From NCBI GenBank assembly GCA_965204535.1, contig CBDBEV010000001.1, positions 1,216,001-1,280,000 on the forward strand: a DNA stretch of 64,000 nucleotides. Reading direction: 5' to 3'. Under the pieces are notes generated by a model. The model had not been told where the DNA came from and ran no database searches. It was given only the letters and a program-made list of their open reading frames with translations. The first letter of the stretch is position 1, and every line of letters begins with the position of its first letter. This stretch comes from a bacterium. Lineage in GTDB: Bacteria; UBA8248. The position numbers and the translations under genes were made by a program. Below, in pieces: positions 9,800 to 18,941 of the stretch.

Positions 9800-11428
9800 A
9801 TGGAAAACCTCTCCTGCGACGTTTTGATTCTCGGCGGCGGACCCGCCGCCATGACGGCCACCATCGCCGCGATGGAGAGCGGCGCGGACGCGCTCCTGGT
9901 CTGCAAGCAGTCCCCCGGCAGTTCGGGCAACATCGTCATGGCGCGGGCGGGGCATTCGGCCAATTTCGCGCCCGATGACAGCGCGGCCCTGTTCCTCGCG
10001 GACACCCTCGAAGGCGGCGATTATCTCAACCACCCCGATGTCGCAGACGCCATGTGTGCGGATTCCGCCGCGCGGATTCGCGACCTGTATGAGTGGGGCA
10101 TCCCCTTCATCACGCGCGGGGACGGCGCTTTCGACTTGCACCCCCAGGGTGGCCACAGGCGCGACCGCGGCCTTTACCCGGTCAGGAACTGGGGCGTGGA
10201 GGTGGCGCGGCCGCTGCGCAAAAAGCTCGACGCCGACGGCGCGCGCATTCTCGAACACGTCATGGCGGTCGATCTGCTCGTGGCGGACGGCGTCTGCCGG
10301 GGCGTTGTCGGCTTCCACACCAGAAGCGGCCGGATTTACGCGGTACACGCCGCAGCCACCATACTGGCCACCGGCGGGGCGGGCCAGATTTTTTCGGAGA
10401 ACACGAACGCGGGCGGCATCACGGGCGACGCCTTCGGCATGGCGCTGAGAGCCGGCCTCGCCCTCTCGGACATGGAGTTCGTCCAGTTCTACCCGGCCGT
10501 CATCAAGCGGCCCGAGAGCAACATGGTCGTGGCGCCCACGCTGTTCCCCTTAGGCGCGCGCTTTTTGAACCGCGACGGCGCCGACATCATGCGCGACGTG
10601 CCCGGCGGCGGCGGCGCCACGCGCGACTTGATGGCGCGGGCGGTCTATCTCGAACTCATGGGGGGCGGCGGGGTGGACGGCGCCGTGCAGATGGATTTAT
10701 CCGGCATCCCGATGGCCGATCTGGAGCACTTCGCCCCCGATAATCTCAAGCTCTTCGCGAGGCGGGGCGTCTCGCCCCACGGGGGCGACATCTACGTCAC
10801 GCCCAAGGCCCACTTCTTCATGGGCGGCGTGCCGATAGACGGGCAGGGCGCGACGGCGATGGCCGGCCTCTACGCGGCGGGGGAGGCGAGTGCCGGCGCG
10901 CACGGGGCGAACCGCCTCTCGAACAACGCCTTCACCGAAGCCCACACGCTGGGCTGGCGCGCGGCGAAGGCGGCCGCCGATTATGCGCGCGGCGCGGCGG
11001 GGGCGGCGGATACTGCGCTCGCGCGGCGTCATGCGGATGCCCTGGCGGCGCGGGCGGGAAGGCCGGGCCGCGCGGTGGAGCTCGTCCGCGAGATCAAGCG
11101 CGTCTGCTGGGAGAACGCCGGCATCGTGCGCGAGGGCGGCCTGCTCGAAGAGGCGAGGACCGAACTCGCCGGCGTCGGGCGCGGCCTGGCCGACTGCGGG
11201 GGGAGCGAGCCCGCCCGGCTCGTGGAGGCGGTGGAAGCCGAGAACATGTGCCTGAGCGCACAGGCGGTGGTGGAGGCCGCCCTCATGCGGACGGAGAGCC
11301 GGGGCGCGCACTACCGGACGGATTATCCCGAAGCGGACGATGCGCGCTGGCGGGTGAACGTTTTCGTGAAAAAAGAGGATGACGGCTTTTTCGTTTTTTC
11401 CCGTCCCGCAGGCGCTATTTCGGCATAA
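9800..11428 (+). CDS. FAD-dependent oxidoreductase, succinate dehydrogenase/fumarate reductase/L-aspartate oxidase flavoprotein family
   Basis: GGGPAA, LATGGAG, DMEFVQFYP, HFFMGG, HGANRL and ESRGAHYR motifs. Confidence 0.85.
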   Translation: MENLSCDVLILGGGPAAMTATIAAMESGADALLVCKQSPGSSGNIVMARAGHSANFAPDDSAALFLADTLEGGDYLNHPDVADAMCADSAARIRDLYEWGIPFITRGDGAFDLHPQGGHRRDRGLYPVRNWGVEVARPLRKKLDADGARILEHVMAVDLLVADGVCRGVVGFHTRSGRIYAVHAAATILATGGAGQIFSENTNAGGITGDAFGMALRAGLALSDMEFVQFYPAVIKRPESNMVVAPTLFPLGARFLNRDGADIMRDVPGGGGATRDLMARAVYLELMGGGGVDGAVQMDLSGIPMADLEHFAPDNLKLFARRGVSPHGGDIYVTPKAHFFMGGVPIDGQGATAMAGLYAAGEASAGAHGANRLSNNAFTEAHTLGWRAAKAAADYARGAAGAADTALARRHADALAARAGRPGRAVELVREIKRVCWENAGIVREGGLLEEARTELAGVGRGLADCGGSEPARLVEAVEAENMCLSAQAVVEAALMRTESRGAHYRTDYPEADDARWRVNVFVKKEDDGFFVFSRPAGAISA

Positions 11429-11735
11429 CCCGTTATATATCAATCGTATCAGCTTTCAGTTTTTTACCGGAATTTACCGGATTTTTCAGGAATTTTCATC
11501 TATTCGCGCGGTTTTCGGAAAAAAGCGGTCCATGGTATCGCACGAACATCCTGCCACGCGCCCGCGCGCTCCCCATGACGCCAACTGCGGGCAAATGCGG
11601 GGGTGGTTTTGGCCCGGATCCGGACGGTGCGGCGAGGGGCGGGCGCGGCGGGTGGGGGAGATCGAACGCGATTGGGGAACGCGCGTTTGACGCGGTTGAT
11701 GAGGAGGATTCAGCGCGAGCAGGGAGAAGGAGCAA

Positions 11736-11841
11736 CCCCCCCTACCCCCCCTTGACAGGGGGGTATGAAAAGGCAACACCCGCCACCGATAGAGGAGCTT
11801 TTGTTCTTTCTTACCCCCCTGACAAGGGGGGGTAGGGGGGG
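11736..11841. repeat. REP-like family A inverted doublet (CCCCCCTACCCCCCCTTGWCAGGGGGG ... reverse complement)
   Basis: Same unit recurs at about 12770/12943, 15898, 16004-17553, 18031/18184, 21704, 23642, 24358/24437, 25132/25490, 27660, 36663/37011 and 47071/47150. Confidence 0.9.
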
Positions 11842-11939
11842 TTGGTTTTCGGGGCGAGCGGGGAGAAGGGTTCGACGACCGAGCAGATATGGTTCACTCC
11901 CCCCTTGAGAACCAAGCCCGACCAAGCAGAGAAAGGATT

Positions 11940-12091
11940 CACTCCCCCCTTGAGGGGGAGTCGATGAAGCCGAGCGGTTTGTGCGAAGGCTGAATCGGTG
12001 GGGGGACGATTCTAAATTAAAAACTCCCCCCACCGAATCGCTTGCGGGCTTACGCCCTTAGCTCTTCGACTCCCCCTCAAGGGGGGAGTTG
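11940..12091. repeat. REP-like family B element (REPIN-like, about 150-180 bp; ACTCCCCCCTTGAGGG ... CCCTCAAGGGGGGAGT)
   Basis: Terminal inverted repeats with shared internal modules; further copies at about 23293-23468, 25280-25452, 27439-27623, 31644-31806, 34331-34514 and 36763-36933. Confidence 0.9.
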
Positions 12092-12180
12092 ATCCGTTTT
12101 GCGGGGGGGTTGCGGTTTCCGTAGCGGACAGGCCCTTCGATACAAACACTCCTTTCTCAGTCGCGTTTGACCTCCGGCGG

Positions 12181-12669
12181 CTACTCGGGGTGAGAGGTAT
12201 CGGGCGGCGCGGCGGTGCGGCGGATGAGTTCCTTGAGCGCCTCCATGTTCTCGCGGTGCTGATCTTTGTGCTCCTCACGCTGGGTGGCGAGCGCGTTCAT
12301 GGTTTCGCGGTGGGTGCGCTCCATCGCTTCCATGGTTGCGCGGTGCTGATCTTTTTGATCCTCGCGCTGTGCGGCGAGGGCTTCCATGGTTGCGATGTGC
12401 TGCTCTTTTTGCGCCTCGCGCTCGGCGGCGAGCGCCTCCATGTGTTCGAGGTGGCGGGTGTCGAGCGCCTTCATGGTCTCGCGGTGCTGGGCGTCGCGGT
12501 GGCGCGCGGCCTGGCGCATGAAGTAGAGGCCGTAGGCGATGAGCGAACACTGCGCGGCCCCCACGAGCGCGGCGACCCACACCGAGGCCTGCTGCGCTAC
12601 GAGGGACGCCCTCTGGATGGCCAGGGATGCTTCCTGGATGGAGAGACTTGCGGCTTCGTATTCCGTCAT
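12181..12669 (-). CDS. Hypothetical membrane-anchored coiled-coil protein with HxxxM repeats
   Basis: One TM segment (VWVAALVGAAQCSLIAYGLYF), then six HxxxM units spaced 11 or 18 residues apart. Confidence 0.7.
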   Translation of the reverse strand: MTEYEAASLSIQEASLAIQRASLVAQQASVWVAALVGAAQCSLIAYGLYFMRQAARHRDAQHRETMKALDTRHLEHMEALAAEREAQKEQHIATMEALAAQREDQKDQHRATMEAMERTHRETMNALATQREEHKDQHRENMEALKELIRRTAAPPDTSHPE

Positions 12670-13138
12670 CTGGTTTTCCCCCACGTTAGTGGGTCCTCAT
12701 AGGCGTAACTCTAATGCGGCGGCGCGCGTTTCGTCAAGACGGATCCCGGCGGCGGGAACGAGGCGGAACCCCCCCTTGACAGGGGGGTAAAAAAAGGCGA
12801 CGCCCGCCAACGAGGGGGTGGAAGAAAAGCCCCCCTGCGTTGGTTCTTTCTTCATCAGTCAGCAATGACCCTCAAGGGGGGAGTTGATTGTTGGGCGCTC
12901 TGCAAGGGGAGAGTTGATCCTTTTTGGGGGTGTTTTTTCTTACCCCCCTGTCAAGGGGGGGTAGGGGGGGTTGGTTTTCGGGGCGAGCGGGGAGAAGGGT
13001 TCGGATGGAATCCCGATCATCGAATTGTTCACCGTAGCAGGGACAGGCCTCTGCGCCTGTCCGAGCCCCCTGTGGTTGTCCCTTGCAGGACAGGCACGGG
13101 GGCCTGTCCCTACGGTACGGAACCCTCGCCCGGACGCG

Positions 13139-13200
13139 AAAAAAGGGACCGCCCGCCCTCTCGATTCGTCCGGCCCTGAGAGAGGGGGCAGTCCCTTTTT
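13139..13200. terminator. Putative bidirectional intrinsic terminator downstream of the lipoprotein gene
   Basis: AAAAAAGGGAC...GTCCCTTTTT imperfect hairpin flanked by A and T tracts. Confidence 0.5.
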
Positions 13201-13240
13201 CCGCCTTGCGATGCGCGCCCGGGTGGCGTATAAGGAGAGT

Positions 13241-13349
13241 AGGGGTTGCCCGTTGCTCCCGTTCCCGGCTCGAGGACTCAAACTCATAACCAGGAGCGGT
13301 ACAGTTTGCTCCATCACGAGGGAAGCAACCAACGGGCAACCCCCTTTTT
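13241..13349 (+). ncRNA. Candidate small RNA (about 110 nt)
   Basis: TTGCGA-N17-TATAAG promoter (13206-13234); 14-bp closing stem GGGGTTGCCCGTTG/CAACGGGCAACCCC; internal GGAGC/GCTCC hairpin; 3' T-run. Confidence 0.45.
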
Positions 13350-13422
13350 CGCTCTCCTTCATTTCGCCACCGGCCCCGGGGCCGTGAAGCCCCGGAAGCC
13401 ATAGGCGTCCTGCTCTTCGCTG

Positions 13423-15087
13423 CTACTGCTTGTTCACGCCGAAGGCGCCGACCATTCGGCCGCTCGTGCTGTACGTCGAGTGGAAAGTCCCGGTCCCGAC
13501 CTTCGGAACGCCACTAGTGCTGTCGTTGTCATAGAGAGCTCCGGACCACTGGCCGGCGGCGGCCGCGGCCGTCCCGTCGATGGTCCACTTCGTCATCTTT
13601 TCGTCAGTACCCGCGGTACCGGCACCATCGTCACCAAGAATTATCCCGGTATCACCAATGCCCTGCTTCATCAACTCGACGGACCAGTTCCGCGCCTCAC
13701 CGTCCGCCCCCATGAAGTTGTCGATGGTGCCCGTGATCATGTTGGCGTTGAAATCGGCTTCGAGCGTCGCCCGCGCGGTGAAGTGGCCGGCGTCGTTCGT
13801 TCCCCCGGTGGAGCTGTAAAGCGCGTACTTGCCCGCGGCGCCGCCCATGTAGGTCGCCGTCCCCCGCAGGTTCGTGATGCCGCTGGCGGCCGGGACGGTG
13901 CCCCTGGCCGTCGCGAAAGCGCTCGCGGTGAAGGTGTTGCCGTCCTCGGACTTGTGGATCCACCAGCCGTAGGAGGCATACACCGTGTCCGACGTGCTCA
14001 TGACCTTGGCGTTCGGGTCGGCGGGCTTGAAGGTCCAGGTGCCGCCGCCAAGCGTGAAGCCGTCTGCGGCCACCGTAGCCGAGCAAGCGTTGGTGTCGGT
14101 GGTGGGCGTACAACTGTAGGTGCCGGACACCCCGTGGTAGCTGCCGGAGATCATCTTGGCGACTTCGTTCGCGCCCTTCTTGAACACCTTCGTCCCGGCG
14201 GGCTGGTCGAAGCTCGGACTGTCGACTCTCCCCGCGACCGCTGCGTCTGACGTGTCGATGGCTAACGCCCCGTCCGTCAACTGATACTCGAAATCGCCGT
14301 CGGTTGTAACCGCTGCGGCGCTGCCGAACTTCTTCCCCTCCGTCGGGGCGCCGACGTTCGAGTAGACCATCGCCTCGTACATGCCGTCGTCGTCGGGCTC
14401 GGCCGTGTGCCTCTTGCCCGCCCAGCCGTGGTTGGCGGCGACCGGCGTCTTCTTGTCTTCCGCCAGTGCGACGGCGGTGGCCGTGCCGATCGTCACGCTG
14501 ATGACGCCGTCGGCGTCACTTGCGCCGGTTCGGATGTTGTCGGTATTGCCAAGGCCGTGCTCGAGGCCCTTGTACAGTTTACTGGCCGTCGCCATCATGG
14601 CCTTGTCGTCGGCCGTCTGCTTGGCGGCGATCGCCGCCATGCGGCTGGTCTTGGCGGAAGCAAGCTGACCCTCGAGCGTGGCGAGCGTTCCCTCGGCGGA
14701 GGCAACGTCGGTATCGCCTTCGGGAAGGTTTACCGCACCGTCGATCGCCGCCTTCAGATCGGCAACCGCGTCGTCGGCCGCCTTCACCTCAGCGTCGGTG
14801 GCGTCGTCGTCCACCATGCCCACCGCAGTCCGGGCCGCCGTCACGGCTTCCATGATCGCCGTGCGCTGCGCCGCTTGCAGTTCTGCAGCCGTGGTGCATG
14901 AGTTGTTGTCCGCATTCCACTGGCCGCCATCCGCCACGCACATCTCCTGCGGGGTCGGCATCGGCGTGTCATCCGGCGGCGTCGTCGCAGTGCCGCCACC
15001 GCCGCCGCAACCGGCCAGCGCAATGGCGAAGACCGCCGCCAGCGCGAAAGCGTAAAGCTTGTTTATCGGTTTCTCTCTGAACATCAT
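13423..15087 (-). CDS. Surface lipoprotein with TbpB-like C-terminal beta-barrel (Slam-substrate-like)
   Basis: Lipobox LAGC followed by GGGGG linker; Ala-rich helical region; C-terminal GTATYMG...ADF...ITGTI...GTF...VGAFG pattern. Confidence 0.7.
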   Translation of the reverse strand: MMFREKPINKLYAFALAAVFAIALAGCGGGGGTATTPPDDTPMPTPQEMCVADGGQWNADNNSCTTAAELQAAQRTAIMEAVTAARTAVGMVDDDATDAEVKAADDAVADLKAAIDGAVNLPEGDTDVASAEGTLATLEGQLASAKTSRMAAIAAKQTADDKAMMATASKLYKGLEHGLGNTDNIRTGASDADGVISVTIGTATAVALAEDKKTPVAANHGWAGKRHTAEPDDDGMYEAMVYSNVGAPTEGKKFGSAAAVTTDGDFEYQLTDGALAIDTSDAAVAGRVDSPSFDQPAGTKVFKKGANEVAKMISGSYHGVSGTYSCTPTTDTNACSATVAADGFTLGGGTWTFKPADPNAKVMSTSDTVYASYGWWIHKSEDGNTFTASAFATARGTVPAASGITNLRGTATYMGGAAGKYALYSSTGGTNDAGHFTARATLEADFNANMITGTIDNFMGADGEARNWSVELMKQGIGDTGIILGDDGAGTAGTDEKMTKWTIDGTAAAAAGQWSGALYDNDSTSGVPKVGTGTFHSTYSTSGRMVGAFGVNKQ

Positions 15088-15683
15088 TTAGCGAGTCCTC
15101 CTGAATCAATAGAAAAAGGGATTTTCAGTGAATTTCCGGCTTTCTCCGATTTACCTCCTTTCGTCAGCTTTCATTTCGGGCCTTAAAATTCGGGTTTCTC
15201 TTCGTCTTTGGCGGACCGGAGAGCGGCGGCATCGGTGCCCCGCCGTCCGGTGCGTTTCAAAAACGATTCAGGAGGACTGGTCTTCCGGTGGGTTCCCCGC
15301 CTTCGGGTCAGGGGGGAGGGTCTTTTTTTTCGACGTCACCCGGTGGATGACTTCGCCTCGTGAATCGTGTCGCAAACTCGTCTGTCGCGCCGCAAACTTC
15401 GTGGTTCAAAAAGGTCTGTCAGCGCATCTGCGCTTCGTCCGGTGAGTCTCCTCTCTTTCGCCTGTATATACGGGCGGCCGTTACGCCGCTTGTGATCTTT
15501 CGCGCAGCGCCGGAGGCCGCAACCGGCCGACTTGCAGTCCGGGCTGGTTGCGACACAATCCACGAGGTATAGGTACTTGAGGTGGGTTCCCGCTTATTCC
15601 GGCTCTCCCGGCAGGAGGCCGTCTTGTATTCAGCGGGCAGCCCGAAGTCGACTGCGCCTCATGGACCGTGTCGCAACCATGAT

Positions 15684-15713
15684 ATTGCTACAGCCTTTTG
15701 CGGTTTGTCAAGG
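15684..15713 (-). promoter_or_regulatory. Putative sigma70 promoter P1 for the lipoprotein leader (coordinates approximate)
   Basis: Minus strand TTGACA-N18-CAATAT. Confidence 0.5.
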
Positions 15714-15810
15714 TGAATTTCCCGCCTGTTTCGACCTTCCGTGGGAAGGCCGCCTCGTGTAAGGCGTCAGCCGAGGCCTCTTCACCCCGCGGATTGTGTC
15801 GCACGGGTTC

Positions 15811-15840
15811 ATATTGCGGGAATTGCAAAGTTTTTGTCAA
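15811..15840 (-). promoter_or_regulatory. Putative sigma70 promoter P2 for the lipoprotein leader
   Basis: Minus strand TTGACA-N18-CAATAT, same architecture as P1. Confidence 0.5.
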
Positions 15841-16015
15841 GACGCGTTTTTTTCGGGATGCAGAAGTTTCGAGGGGGGGTCTTTGTCAAAAGAGTAACCC
15901 CCCCTACCCCCCCTTGACAGGGGGGTAAGAAAAATCAAACCCCCTCAACCCGGCGGGGGTGTTGCTCTTTCAGTCGGGGGGTGTTGCCTTTTTCTTTTTT
16001 ATACCCCCCTGACAA

Positions 16016-17531
16016 GGGGCTGTTGAAAAACCCCTGGTTTTGTGATCGTATGGATGTATTCCCCCTCGCCCGAGATGGGAGTTCCGGAGATGTTGGACCG
16101 CAAGAGGCGCGAGCAGATGGACTTGTTCGTGGCCGGCCCGCTGGAGAAGTTGATTCCCGAAGATCACATATTGCGCCAGGTGGACCGCGTACTGGATTTG
16201 AGTTGGCTTCGCGAGGAAGTGGCGGAGTGCTATTGCGCGGACAACGGTCGACCGGGGATCGACCCGGAAGTGGTGATCCGGTTGATGCTGGCGGGCCTGC
16301 TGCTGGGCTACGCGGAGGATCGCCGCCTGCTGCGCGAGGCGCAGGCGCATCTGGCGGTCCGGTGGTTCATCGGGTACAGGCTGGACGAGGATTTGCCGGA
16401 TCATTCGAGCCTGACGCGTATCCGTCAACGCTGGGGGGAGGAGCGGTTCAAGGAGATATTTCGGCGCACGGTTCAGTCTTGCGTGGAGGCGAAGGTGGCG
16501 AAGGGAGAAGTGGTTCACATGGACGCGTCTTTGATACGCGCGGACGTGAGCTGGGAGAGTCTGGCGGAGCGCCACGCGGAGAAGGTGGTGCGGGAGAACG
16601 ACTCGGAGGATGAGACGGGGAAGAAGGGCGGCGGCGGGGGTTCGGGTCCGGTGAGCCGAACGGACCCCGACGCGCGCCTGGCGCGCAAGAGCGCTCGGGC
16701 GGGGTTCGAGCCGAGCTATAAGCACCACGCGGTGGTGGACGACGAGCGTGGGGTGGTTCTCGACGTAGAGGTGACGGAGGGGACGTTGAACGAGCGGGAG
16801 ATGATGGAGCCGCAGTTGGATGCGGTTTGCGAGCTCACGGGTCGCGCGCCCGCGGTGGTGACGGCGGATAGTGGTTATGCGTATTCGAAGGTGTACGGCG
16901 CATTGGAGCGTCGGGGGGTCGCCGCGCTGATACCGGCGAAGAAGGAACCCACCCAGAGCCGGGTGCCGTTGCAACTGTTCCGCTACGACGAGCGGAATGA
17001 GGTGGTGAAGTGTCCGGGGGGCAAGACGCTGCGCCCCCGGAAGGAGACGGAGCGGGGGCGCTGGTATGTATCGAGGACCCGCGATTGCGCGGGTTGCGCG
17101 CTCAAGGCCGATTGTCTGTCGGCGTCTCGCACGAGCAGGGCGGTTCTGATTCCGCACGAGTATCCGGCGCTGTTGCGCGCGCGCCGTCGCCACGCGCGCC
17201 GGGGGGAGGAGGAGGGCCGGCTGTGGCGCCGCCACATGTCGCGTTCGGAGGGCTATCACGGCGAGGCGAAGAGTCGGCACGGACTGGCGCGGGCGGTACG
17301 CCGGGGTCTTGCGAACGTGAAGATCCAGGCCTACCTGACGGCGACTGCGGTGAACCTCAAGCGGCTCGCCGCCGCTGTGGCCGCGGGTTTATTCGCTCTG
17401 TGGCGGGCCTGGGCCGCCCGGAAACGCCGAATGAGCGCATATCGCGGCCTCACGCGCCGATTGGGCTTCCTCTCCCAGGCCGCGTGAGCCGCCATACATC
17501 CCGCTTCAAAACGAGGTTTTTCAACAGCCCC
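16016..17531 (+). mobile_element. IS1182-family insertion sequence, complete, inserted in a REP-A hairpin loop
   Basis: Perfect 15-bp TIR GGGGCTGTTGAAAAA/TTTTTCAACAGCCCC; 5-bp direct repeat GACAA at 16011-16015 and 17532-17536. Confidence 0.92.
16090..17487 (+). CDS. IS1182-family DDE transposase
   Basis: GRPGIDP, LPDHSSLTR, MDASLIRAD, TDPDA and TADSGY motifs; Cys cluster; NLKRL. Confidence 0.92.
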   Translation: MLDRKRREQMDLFVAGPLEKLIPEDHILRQVDRVLDLSWLREEVAECYCADNGRPGIDPEVVIRLMLAGLLLGYAEDRRLLREAQAHLAVRWFIGYRLDEDLPDHSSLTRIRQRWGEERFKEIFRRTVQSCVEAKVAKGEVVHMDASLIRADVSWESLAERHAEKVVRENDSEDETGKKGGGGGSGPVSRTDPDARLARKSARAGFEPSYKHHAVVDDERGVVLDVEVTEGTLNEREMMEPQLDAVCELTGRAPAVVTADSGYAYSKVYGALERRGVAALIPAKKEPTQSRVPLQLFRYDERNEVVKCPGGKTLRPRKETERGRWYVSRTRDCAGCALKADCLSASRTSRAVLIPHEYPALLRARRRHARRGEEEGRLWRRHMSRSEGYHGEAKSRHGLARAVRRGLANVKIQAYLTATAVNLKRLAAAVAAGLFALWRAWAARKRRMSAYRGLTRRLGFLSQAA

Positions 17532-17577
17532 GACAAGGGGGGGTAGGGGGGGTTGGTTTTTCCAGGGCGAGGCCGAT

Positions 17578-17967
17578 TCAGCGGGTTCGCATATCCGAAA
17601 CGCGTTTTTGCAGATCGACGTACACCCCTTCGACGTTGCCCATGACATCGGCGTTGGCGTACCGGACGACCTCGACGCCGAGGGCGTTCAGCCTGCGCGT
17701 CCTGGCTTCGTCGTATCGTCCGCGCGCGTCGTGGCTGTCGCCGTCGATCTCGATCGCCAGCATTAGTTCGGCGCAGTAGAAATCGACGATGTAGCGGTCC
17801 AGCGGCTTCTGGCGGGTGAATTTCAGTCCGGACAGGCGTCTGTCCCGCAATACCTCGAACCACAGCTTGTTCTCCGCCGGGGTGGGGTGCCTGCGGTTTT
17901 CCCGCGCCTTTTCTGTCAGCGCTTCGTCGTATGGAACGTGGCCCCCCGCGCCGCTCTTTCTCAACAA
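17578..17967 (-). CDS. DUF559 / Vsr-like PD-(D/E)xK endonuclease domain protein
   Basis: ARENRRHPTPAENKLW, KFTRQKPL, YIVDFYC, LAIEIDGDSH and YDEARTRRL motifs; AAGGAGG RBS before TTG. Confidence 0.88.
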   Translation of the reverse strand: MLRKSGAGGHVPYDEALTEKARENRRHPTPAENKLWFEVLRDRRLSGLKFTRQKPLDRYIVDFYCAELMLAIEIDGDSHDARGRYDEARTRRLNALGVEVVRYANADVMGNVEGVYVDLQKRVSDMRTR

Positions 17968-18941
17968 ATCGCCTCCTTTTCCGAACCAACCCCCTTAACA
18001 GCAACCCCTCTTGTCAGGGGATAAAGGCAACCCCCCCTACCCCCCCTTGTCAGGGGGGTAAGAAAAATCAAACCCCCCTCAGCCCGGCGCGGGGTGTTGC
18101 TCTTTCAGTCGGGGGGTGTTGCTTTTTTCTTTTTCATACCCCCCTCGCCATGAACCTCCTCGTCGGGGTCTTGCCTTTTTATACCCCCCTGTCAAGGGGG
18201 GGTAGGGGGGGTTGCTTTTCCGAGGTCGGCCTTGCCGAACCCCCCAACCCCCCTTATCAGGGGGCTGTTGAAAAACCCCGTTTTGAAGCGGGAGGTATGG
18301 CGGCTCACGCGGCTTGGGAGAGGAAGCCCAATCGGCGCGTGAGGCCGCGATATGCGCTCATTCGGCGTCTCCGGGCGGCGCAGGCCCTCCACAGAGCGAA
18401 TATACCCGCCGCAAAAGCGGCGGCCAGCCGCTTGAGGTTCACCGCAGTCGCCGTCAGGTAGGCCTGGATCCTCATGTTCGCAAGGCCCCGGCGCACCGCC
18501 CGCCCCAGTCCGTGCCGACTCTTCGCCTCGCCGTGGTAACCCTCCGAACGCGACATGTGGCGGCGCCACAGCCGGCCCTCCTCCTCCCCCCGGCGCGCGT
18601 GGCGGCGGCGCGCGCGCAACAGCGCCGGATATTCATGCGGAATCAGCACCGTCCTGCTCGTGTGCGACTTGGGAAGACAATCCGACCTCAGCGCGCAGCC
18701 CGCGCAATCGCGCGTCCTCGAACCATAGTAGCGCCCCCGCTCCGTCTCCTTCCGGGGACGCAGCGTCTTGCCGCCCGGACACTTCACCACCTTGTGCCGC
18801 TCGTCGTAGCGGAACAACTGCAGCGGAACACGGCTCTGGGAAGGCTCCTTCTTCGCCGGAATCACCGCGTCCACCCCCCGACGCTCCAATCCCGCATACA
18901 CCTTCGAATACGCATAGCCCGAATCCGCCGTCACCACCGCG

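Noticed and set aside
7456-10005. 849-aa minus-strand ORF and other long antisense ORFs (3876-5198, 48744-50690, 55505-56845)
   Set aside because: Shadow frames of well-supported genes in high-GC DNA
9800-11428. sdhA or nadB gene symbol
   Set aside because: Lacks the covalent-FAD His and QFHP motifs, and has no sdhBCD or nadAC neighbours
11486-12278. ORFs translating to NPPYPPLTGG, PPCQGGVGG or LPLKGGV (also at about 12865-13400, 17931-18569, 23000-23870, 31654-32292, 34409-35038 and 36548-37230)
   Set aside because: They are translations of the REP-like repeats, with no RBS or family motifs
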